A stretch of 64,000 bases of DNA from Clostridia bacterium. GTDB taxonomy: Bacteria; Bacillota; Clostridia; UMGS1883. The notes under the pieces were generated by a model. The model had not been told where the DNA came from. It was given only the letters and a program-made list of their open reading frames with translations, and made no database searches. The stretch spans positions 19,567-83,566 of the forward strand of contig JAFTOF010000005.1 in assembly GCA_017451505.1 (NCBI GenBank). The letters are read 5' to 3'. A program made the position numbers and the translations under genes. Shown in pieces: positions 47,975 through 54,953 of the stretch (position 1 is its first letter; every line of letters begins with the position of its first letter).

Positions 47975-48949
47975 ATGATTATACCTATTTTCATTCCCCA
48001 CGAAGGTTGTCCCAATGATTGTGCCTTTTGCAATCAGCGTACAATCAGCGGAAAAAGCTCTGCCCCAAGCCTTGACGATGCGAGGCTTATTATAGAGCAG
48101 TACCTTGAAAATGGCACAAAAAAAGCTGACCAGATTGCCTTTTTCGGTGGTAGCTTTACAGGGATAAGTGCTCTAAAACAAAATGAATATCTCTCCCTCG
48201 CAAATGAGTATATAAAAAAGGGATTGGTCGGAAGCATACGCCTCTCCACCCGTCCCGATTATATCAGTGAGGACACGGTGAAAAGGCTTATTTCATTTGG
48301 CGTAAAAAATATTGAACTGGGAGCACAGTCCATGGACGAGGAGGTGCTTCGTGCTTCAAACAGGGGACACAGTGGCTACGATGTGGAAAAAGCCTCAGAA
48401 ATCATACTAAAATGCGGAGCAATCTTAGGACTTCAGATGATGACGGGACTTCCACTTGATAATATGGAAAAATGCTTGTACACCGCACAAAGATTCTGTG
48501 AACTGGGTGCGAAAGAAAGCCGTATATACCCCACTGTAGTTCTTCGTGGAACAAAGCTTGCCCAAATGTATGCAGACGGAGAATATACCCCCCAAAGTGT
48601 GGAGGAAGCCGTGGCTGTATCGGCAAGGGTTTACAGGCTTTTTAAAGAAAGCGGAATAACGGTTCTCAGGATAGGCTTGCCCGATTCTGCCGAGCTAAGG
48701 GAAAACTATATTGCAGGGGCATATCACCCGTCATTGGGGGAGCTTGTAATGAGCCGTGACATTCGGAACAGAATCGAGGAAAGCCTCTGCGGGAAAAAAG
48801 AAGCAGAAATTCGTGTGAATCCCAAATTCATCTCCAAGGTAAACGGAAACAAACGCTGTAATATTGAATACTTCAAAAATAAAGGGATAAAAATTGCTAT
48901 ATTGGAGGATTCGTCTGTAGATGAATATGCCATAAAAAAAGAGCCTTAA
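47975..48949 (+). CDS. Radical SAM protein (Elp3/YhcC-like, no acetyltransferase domain)
   Basis: IPIFIPHEGCPNDCAFCNQ, AFFGGSFT, STRPD, IELGAQS, RIYPTVV, YHPSLGELV. Confidence 0.9.
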   Translation: MIIPIFIPHEGCPNDCAFCNQRTISGKSSAPSLDDARLIIEQYLENGTKKADQIAFFGGSFTGISALKQNEYLSLANEYIKKGLVGSIRLSTRPDYISEDTVKRLISFGVKNIELGAQSMDEEVLRASNRGHSGYDVEKASEIILKCGAILGLQMMTGLPLDNMEKCLYTAQRFCELGAKESRIYPTVVLRGTKLAQMYADGEYTPQSVEEAVAVSARVYRLFKESGITVLRIGLPDSAELRENYIAGAYHPSLGELVMSRDIRNRIEESLCGKKEAEIRVNPKFISKVNGNKRCNIEYFKNKGIKIAILEDSSVDEYAIKKEP

Positions 48950-48961
48950 GGCTCTTTTTTT
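48934..48961. terminator. Bidirectional terminator
   Basis: aaaaaaagagcc-ttaa-ggctctttttt. Confidence 0.75.
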
Positions 48962-49805
48962 ATGGCAAAATTCTCACAGGAGTACCCACAGCAGTTATGT
49001 CAAAGAGTGCCTCTATATCCTCGTTATACATACGAATACAGCCGTTTGATGCCGCTGTTCCTATAGATGCAGGGTTATTTGTGCCATGTATTCCGTACCC
49101 TTTTGCAGATAGTCCCAACCACCGTGTTCCATATGGCCCACCTGGGTCTATTTCCTTATTTACAACTTCGAACACGCCCACCGGTGTAGGAGTTTCTTCC
49201 TTTCCCGTGGCTACAATGTATTCGCGGAAAAGGTTTCCGTTTTTGTTGACTGTCAGCCTTTTCGCACTAATATTCACAATGATTTCTATGGGCGAAGGAG
49301 CAAGAGGAATACAGATAATCTGCCCGACACGAAGATTACGGGGATTAATATCGGGATTAATCCTTAAAATTTCCTGAGCCTCCACCTCAAAAGATGCGGC
49401 AATGGCACGGATGGTATCACCGCTTCTTATCACATAAAAATTCCGCGTGGGACACATAGGCGGCTCCTGAAACCTCTCTGCAATGCAGATTCTTTGCCCC
49501 ACACGAAGGTTATATGGGTCAATATCGGGGTTAGTTCTTAAAAGTGCCTCCACATCAGTACCGAAACGAACAGCGATGGATAAAAGAGTGTCCCCCTCAT
49601 TCACGTTATAGGGCAGCGTGCCTACAGGACATGTTACGGGCTGATTTGTTGCCGATATTACACAAATCCGCCTGCCCACGGGGAGATTTGCGGGGTCAAG
49701 CCCGGGATTCAGCCGCAGTATATTTTCGGGAGTTGTATCAAATTTTGCCGCAATGGTAAAGAGTATATCTCCCTCCTGTATAATATAAAACTGTCCGCAA
49801 GCCAT
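48960..49805 (-). CDS. 3x LysM + YkuD L,D-transpeptidase
   Basis: Three LysM repeats; TPTPVG, YGIHGTN, SNGCIRM (intact His/Cys). Confidence 0.92.
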   Translation of the reverse strand: MACGQFYIIQEGDILFTIAAKFDTTPENILRLNPGLDPANLPVGRRICVISATNQPVTCPVGTLPYNVNEGDTLLSIAVRFGTDVEALLRTNPDIDPYNLRVGQRICIAERFQEPPMCPTRNFYVIRSGDTIRAIAASFEVEAQEILRINPDINPRNLRVGQIICIPLAPSPIEIIVNISAKRLTVNKNGNLFREYIVATGKEETPTPVGVFEVVNKEIDPGGPYGTRWLGLSAKGYGIHGTNNPASIGTAASNGCIRMYNEDIEALFDITAVGTPVRILP

Positions 49806-50455
49806 TACTCGCTCGTCACCTCCGTTCCTACAGGAACAAGGTTAAAGACCGTGTCCATATCATTGTCGGAAAGAATGATGTCCCGACTGCTTCTCTGTGC
49901 CGATTTGGAAGAAATTGCAACATTGGGGACAAGGGTATTAAGCCTCTTTTTTCCTCCAAATGAGGTATCTATCTGCTTTTGCACAATAGCGGAGGAAAAT
50001 CCCTCCATGGGGTTTACACAGTTGAAGGAAACGCTGTCCCCCGAATTATATGACAGGGTAAGAAGATTCCCATTTAAGACAATACAAAGCTTGGGCGGTG
50101 CCAGCGGTATACAAAGAATCATTCCCTCGTAAAGGTCGTCAGGGTCAATTCCTATATTGGAATAAAGAATTTGTGCACTGCTCACGCCAAAATAGTCAGC
50201 AATGGAGTCTATTGTATCACCTTGATGTACTACATAATAATTGGTTGTTCTGCAAGCGGGATAATAGCTTAGTGGTTGGGGAATACAAAGCTCGTCACCC
50301 ACGTTTATTAAGTTTACATTTTCTATGGAATTAATTTCGGCAAGCCTTGACACACTTGTTTCAAAGGTTTTAGCAATAGTGTAAAGAGTATCTCCTTGCC
50401 TTACAGTGTAGGGGAAGCTGCCGGCAGGACAGTTCCACTTAAAATTACAGCTCAT
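49805..50455 (-). CDS. 2x LysM + degenerate L,D-transpeptidase-like domain
   Basis: YTVRQGDTL and YVVHQGDTI LysM repeats; C-terminus aligns to the neighbouring YkuD domain without His/Cys. Confidence 0.8.
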   Translation of the reverse strand: MSCNFKWNCPAGSFPYTVRQGDTLYTIAKTFETSVSRLAEINSIENVNLINVGDELCIPQPLSYYPACRTTNYYVVHQGDTIDSIADYFGVSSAQILYSNIGIDPDDLYEGMILCIPLAPPKLCIVLNGNLLTLSYNSGDSVSFNCVNPMEGFSSAIVQKQIDTSFGGKKRLNTLVPNVAISSKSAQRSSRDIILSDNDMDTVFNLVPVGTEVTSE

Positions 50456-50506
50456 AAAAAATCACCTCACGAATATCATATTCGTAAGGTGATTTGCTTG
50501 TTACAA

Positions 50507-50588
50507 TATAGGAAATTAGATAAAATTAAGACGCGTGCAACAATGTCAACACCAAGCAGGTGTGCAGCGAGGGTTAAGCAGCACGCTT
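50507..50588 (-). repeat. 82-nt dispersed structured repeat, copy B
   Basis: Reverse complement of 26932-27013 with 11 substitutions and no indels. Confidence 0.85.
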
Positions 50589-50589
50589 A

Positions 50590-51534
50590 TCAATAAAACG
50601 TTGCAAGCTCCTGCTCGGGGGCAGAGGTTATTGCCGTTTCTTCAATATGAATTACAGGTCCCTTTCCCTGATAGAATTTGCAATATTCAATTTTTATGGT
50701 GCCTGTAACCATAATCCAGTCACGGCTTTTTATGCTATGCTTACCCTTGCATATGCAAACAATGGGGCTGTATTCCACATCATCAATACAGCAGGTCATA
50801 ATATGGCGTCCCGCCACGAAGGTATTATCGGGCATCCTGTTGTCATAGGCACATATTCCGCGGAATTTGATTTTCTTGCCGTTGTATTTATCGGTTTCTT
50901 CAAGCAGGTCACGGTACCACAGGGCATAATCGGAATCCTCAATTTTAATAAGGGGTGCATTGATGTCAAAGGGAAGCGGGTCTTCAATATCGTCGTATTC
51001 CACATTGCCGTCGGGGTATTCGTAGGCAATATCTGCACGCCTGTTTACACCGCGGACGATTTTATGAAGCTCTGTTTTGTCTATGCTTTTATTCATTCTG
51101 TTGAACACCACAAGCTCACAAATCCTCAGCTTATCCACTGTCTGATTTCGCATGTTGGCGTTATAATTCAAAAATGTTGTTGCATCGGCAAACATCATAC
51201 ATTGCACAAGGGTGAATCCTTTCGGAAAAGAGGAGAGAAGGTCCTGGGTGTTCCACATTCCGTTGTACTCTATAATTACCCTTTCACACGCCGTTTCCTT
51301 TTGCAGTGCGGTAAGTGCCTTGGGCGTAATTTCTTCGGGAGTATCAAAAACCTTTAAGGTAACATTATTTCCCGAGAAAAGCGAAGGCTCGTATTCCTCC
51401 ACACCCTCCTCGCATATGATAAGAAGGGTTTTTTCGCCGTTATTAAAGCGTACGTCACAGAGAGTGTCCTGAATGAATTTCGTCTTTCCTGATTCAAGAA
51501 AGCCTAAAAATAAATATACGGGAATTTCTTTCAT
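50590..51534 (-). CDS. CobW-like GTPase-fold protein with C-terminal MTCC OB-like domain (TIGR03943-like)
   Basis: PVYLFLGFLESGKT, CEEG, IEYNGMW, VFNR, GRHIMTCCIDD. Confidence 0.8.
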   Translation of the reverse strand: MKEIPVYLFLGFLESGKTKFIQDTLCDVRFNNGEKTLLIICEEGVEEYEPSLFSGNNVTLKVFDTPEEITPKALTALQKETACERVIIEYNGMWNTQDLLSSFPKGFTLVQCMMFADATTFLNYNANMRNQTVDKLRICELVVFNRMNKSIDKTELHKIVRGVNRRADIAYEYPDGNVEYDDIEDPLPFDINAPLIKIEDSDYALWYRDLLEETDKYNGKKIKFRGICAYDNRMPDNTFVAGRHIMTCCIDDVEYSPIVCICKGKHSIKSRDWIMVTGTIKIEYCKFYQGKGPVIHIEETAITSAPEQELATFY

Positions 51535-51549
51535 TGTGTATCCCTCCGA

Positions 51550-52647
51550 TTAAAGCTTAAAAAGCTCACATAGCTTTTCTTCATCAATATTTGCACCTAT
51601 TACGCAGATTCTTCCGATTGTACTGCTGCTTCCGCTTCTTACATCGGCTTCGCCGGGAACGTAGTCAAAATGAATCCAACCGTCTTCACCCTTTACAATT
51701 CCCTTGGCACGAAGCACTGTGCCGTAGCTGATGCTTTCAAGCTCTCTTAAAATATTTTCAATCTCTTCTTTGGTGAAAGAACGCACTGTTTCCTTGCCCC
51801 AGCTTGTAAACACCTCGTCTGCGTGATGATGGTGATGGTCATGACAGCCACAGTCACAATGTTCGCCATGTTCGTGATGGTGCTCGTGATGATGCTCATG
51901 GCAATCGCAGTGTTCATCATGCTCATGATGATGCTCATGACAATCACAATGCTCATCGTGATTATGATGATGCTCGTGGCAGTGACAATGCTCATCGTGT
52001 TCGTGATGGTGATGATGTTCTTCTTTAAGAGATTCTAAATCCTTTTCCAGTGTGTTATGGTTTTCTATTGCATCAAGGATTACCTTACCATCAATATCCT
52101 CCCAGTCGGTTGTGATAATCTGTGCATCCTTGTTATGCTCTCTTATAAGATTAACACATTCCTCAAGCTTGTCCTCGGAAAGTGATGCCGTGTGGCTGAG
52201 TATAATACATGACGCATTTTCAATCTGGTCGTTATAAAACTCACCGAAATTTTTCATATACATTTTGCATTTCTTTGCATCTGCAACTGCACAGAAGCTG
52301 TTAAGCAGTGTGTTTTCATCCGTTACACCCTCAACTGCACGGATAACGTCACTGAGCTTTCCCACGCCTGACGGCTCAATCAAAATTCTGTCGGGAGCGT
52401 ACTCCTTTTTCACCTTTTTCAGAGCCTCGGCAAAATCGCCTACAAGAGAGCAGCAGATACAGCCCGAATTCATTTCGTTTACCTGTATTCCCGCTTCCTG
52501 CATAAAGCCGCCGTCAATGCCGATTTCACCAAACTCATTTTCGATTAAGACAAGCTTTTCGCCATTATATGCTTCCTTAATGAGCTTTTTTATGAGAGTT
52601 GTTTTTCCTGCTCCCAGAAAGCCCGAAAAAATATCTATTTTTGTCAT
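51550..52647 (-). CDS. COG0523/CobW family metal-chaperone GTPase with His/Cys-rich insert
   Basis: SGFLGAGKTT, ENEFGE, GCICC, IEPSGVG, VLRAKG. Confidence 0.93.
   Translation of the reverse strand: MTKIDIFSGFLGAGKTTLIKKLIKEAYNGEKLVLIENEFGEIGIDGGFMQEAGIQVNEMNSGCICCSLVGDFAEALKKVKKEYAPDRILIEPSGVGKLSDVIRAVEGVTDENTLLNSFCAVADAKKCKMYMKNFGEFYNDQIENASCIILSHTASLSEDKLEECVNLIREHNKDAQIITTDWEDIDGKVILDAIENHNTLEKDLESLKEEHHHHHEHDEHCHCHEHHHNHDEHCDCHEHHHEHDEHCDCHEHHHEHHHEHGEHCDCGCHDHHHHHADEVFTSWGKETVRSFTKEEIENILRELESISYGTVLRAKGIVKGEDGWIHFDYVPGEADVRSGSSSTIGRICVIGANIDEEKLCELFKL
51824..52017 (-). repeat. Intragenic about 39-bp (13-aa) tandem repeat, HEHHHEHDEHCDC
   Basis: Three to four imperfect copies visible in DNA and protein. 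Confidence 0.8.
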
Positions 52648-52760
52648 CAAAAATCATCCCTTTCAAGGTTTTATTATAAAACTTTTTTTTCTTTTAGTCA
52701 ATATTTAAGAATGTAACTTGACAAAATATTGCAACAATAGTAAAATGAAAAGGTCAAATA

Positions 52761-52775
52761 TGAGAATGATTTTCA
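52761..52775 (+). promoter_or_regulatory. Fur/Zur-family operator downstream of a SigA promoter (TTGACA 52718, TAAAAT 52741)
   Basis: TGAGAAT-G-ATTTTCA, 7-1-7 inverted repeat resembling TGATAATnATTATCA. Confidence 0.7.
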
Positions 52776-52790
52776 AATTGGAGCGTTATT

Positions 52791-53705
52791 ATGAAAAAAC
52801 TGATTGCTGTTATATTGTGTGCGGCTGTTTTCTTTTCCTTTGCAGGCTGCAGTGGAAAGAACGTTAGGGACGAAAATAAAGTGCAGATTGTAACCACAAT
52901 TTTCCCGCTTTATGACTTTGCACGGCAAGTAGGTGGGGACAAGGTGCAGCTTACCTTAATTCTGCCCACGGGCGGGGAGGTTCATTCCTATGAGCCTACT
53001 CCGAAAGATGTTATAACAATAAAGGAAAGCGATTTATTCATAGCTCAGGGCGGTGATGCAGACCCCTGGACAGATGCCGTAATAAATGATGCCGATTCAG
53101 AAAAACTTAATGTGCTTTATGCCTTGGAGGGTATCACCCTTATGAGTGAGGAGCATGAGCATCCGTCTTTGTCCAGCCATGTGCATATGGATCCCCACGT
53201 CTGGACAACTCCCGAAAATGCGGGGATAATAAGCGAAAGAATCTGCGACAGGCTTTGTGCCTTGGATGCCGAGAATTCGGATTATTATAAAGAAAATCTT
53301 GCCCTTTATAAAGAAAAGCTTAATTCTCTGGACGAAAAATTCACCCAGCTTACAAAGAATTGCGACAAAACCATTGTGTTTGCAGACCAGTTTCCATTCA
53401 GGTACTTTGCTAAAGAGTACAATCTTAAATACCTTGCAGCATTCCCCGGTTGTTCGTCCGAAAGCGAACCGACAGCCTCTGCCGTGGCACAGATTATAGA
53501 CACGGTTAAGAAAGAAAAAATTCCCGTTGTGTTTTATACGGAAACCTCAAACAAACAGCTTGCCAATGCCGTATGTGAGGAAACGGGTGCAGAAAAACTT
53601 TTGTTTCATTCCTGTCACAGTGTTACTGATGACGAGCTTAAAAGCGGTGTAACATACCTTGATTTAATGGAAAAAAACTACGAAGCCCTTAAAAAAGCAA
53701 TTTGA
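52791..53705 (+). CDS. Zn/Mn ABC transporter substrate-binding lipoprotein (ZnuA/AdcA-like)
   Basis: Lipobox FAGC, EVHSYEPTP, DPHVWT, FRYFAKEY, ESEPT, TYLDLMEKN. Confidence 0.92.
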   Translation: MKKLIAVILCAAVFFSFAGCSGKNVRDENKVQIVTTIFPLYDFARQVGGDKVQLTLILPTGGEVHSYEPTPKDVITIKESDLFIAQGGDADPWTDAVINDADSEKLNVLYALEGITLMSEEHEHPSLSSHVHMDPHVWTTPENAGIISERICDRLCALDAENSDYYKENLALYKEKLNSLDEKFTQLTKNCDKTIVFADQFPFRYFAKEYNLKYLAAFPGCSSESEPTASAVAQIIDTVKKEKIPVVFYTETSNKQLANAVCEETGAEKLLFHSCHSVTDDELKSGVTYLDLMEKNYEALKKAI

Positions 53706-53767
53706 CAACAAGTGCGTTATATGATAAACTGTTTCTACCGAAACAGTTTATTTTTTGGAGCAAAATT

Positions 53768-54481
53768 ATGAGATTACAAAAATTTATTGCAGAATGTGGC
53801 ATCGCATCAAGACGCGGTGCAGAAAAGATAATTGAAAGCGGCAGAGTATACGTAAACGGCGACCTTGTGGATTATATGGGTTGTGAAATTGAGCCCGATA
53901 CTGACGTTGTAGAGGTTGACGGTAGGGTTATCAGCCGTGAAAGTAAAAAGTACTATATCATGCTTAATAAGCCTAAAAACTATGTTACCACCGTTTCCGA
54001 CGATTTGGGAAGACCCACCGTTATGCAGCTTGTGTCGGACATAAAGGCACGCATCTACCCCGTAGGAAGACTTGACTTTGATACATCGGGGCTCCTTATT
54101 ATGACTAATGACGGAGATTTTGCAAATATCCTTACCCATCCTAAGCATGTGGTGAATAAGGCATATATTGCACGTATAGATAAGCCTCTTGACGAAGCTC
54201 AGCTTGAAAGATTAAGAAGCGGAATCGAGCTGGACGGCGTGATGACCTCCCCTGCAAGGGCGGAGAACATTAAGCGTGGTCAAAGGGGCTTTGAAGTAAA
54301 AATAACCATTCACGAGGGCAGAAACCGTCAGGTAAGAAGAATGCTTGATGCAGTGGGTGCAAATGTAATGAGCCTTAAAAGAATTTCCGTAGGCTCCGTG
54401 ACGTTGGGCAATCTCCCCGAAGGAAAGTGGAGAAGGCTTTCCGATGCGGAAATAAATAAGTTGAGAGGGAAAAACAAATGA
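53768..54481 (+). CDS. rluB: rRNA pseudouridine synthase (RluB/RsuA family)
   Basis: S4 domain MRLQKFIAECGIASRR, YPVGRLDFDTSGLL, EGRNRQVRRM. Confidence 0.92.
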   Translation: MRLQKFIAECGIASRRGAEKIIESGRVYVNGDLVDYMGCEIEPDTDVVEVDGRVISRESKKYYIMLNKPKNYVTTVSDDLGRPTVMQLVSDIKARIYPVGRLDFDTSGLLIMTNDGDFANILTHPKHVVNKAYIARIDKPLDEAQLERLRSGIELDGVMTSPARAENIKRGQRGFEVKITIHEGRNRQVRRMLDAVGANVMSLKRISVGSVTLGNLPEGKWRRLSDAEINKLRGKNK

Positions 54482-54822
54482 TCAGAGTTACAATTATAGA
54501 TGATGCAAGGATAATTAAATCTGTTTCAAAAATTGAGGGTGATAATGTCTTAATGGCATGGGCACAGGAAAATGAGAAAAGCCCCGGTCACTGCATCTTT
54601 TCAAAGCAGGGTGAAATCCTTGATATTGTGGATAAAGACAATATTTTTGAGCTTTTGGTGCGTGCAACCCTAAACTATCTGGATTTACAGAAGATAGAGA
54701 GAGGTTACTCAAGAAATGAAGCACTTTTCCCTGAACTTGTAAAGCTTGGCTTCGAGGTAAAGGACGGGGTATGCGAAGTGGATATAACCACGTTTTTCAA
54801 ACCCTGCTGCGGATGTAAATAA
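54478..54822 (+). CDS. Hypothetical protein ending in CCGCK
   Basis: 114-aa ORF overlapping the rluB stop, RBS GAGGG, terminator after. Confidence 0.75.
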   Translation: MIRVTIIDDARIIKSVSKIEGDNVLMAWAQENEKSPGHCIFSKQGEILDIVDKDNIFELLVRATLNYLDLQKIERGYSRNEALFPELVKLGFEVKDGVCEVDITTFFKPCCGCK

Positions 54823-54848
54823 AAGCGTCTTAAAGACTACAGACAATA

Positions 54849-54887
54849 GAGGCTGTTAGAAAAGCTCGGCTTTTTTAGCAGCCTCTT
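54849..54887 (+). terminator. Hairpin/terminator
   Basis: agaggctgttagaaaagc/gcttttttagcagcctct. Confidence 0.7.
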
Positions 54888-54953
54888 TCTCTTGACATTA
54901 ATTTTTCTTATCTGTATAATTAGAAATGAATCTTTGTAAAAGGAAAAAATACT

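Noticed and set aside
51824-52017. Periodic repeat as a possible CRISPR array
   Set aside because: It is an in-frame coding repeat without unique spacers, and no cas genes are present
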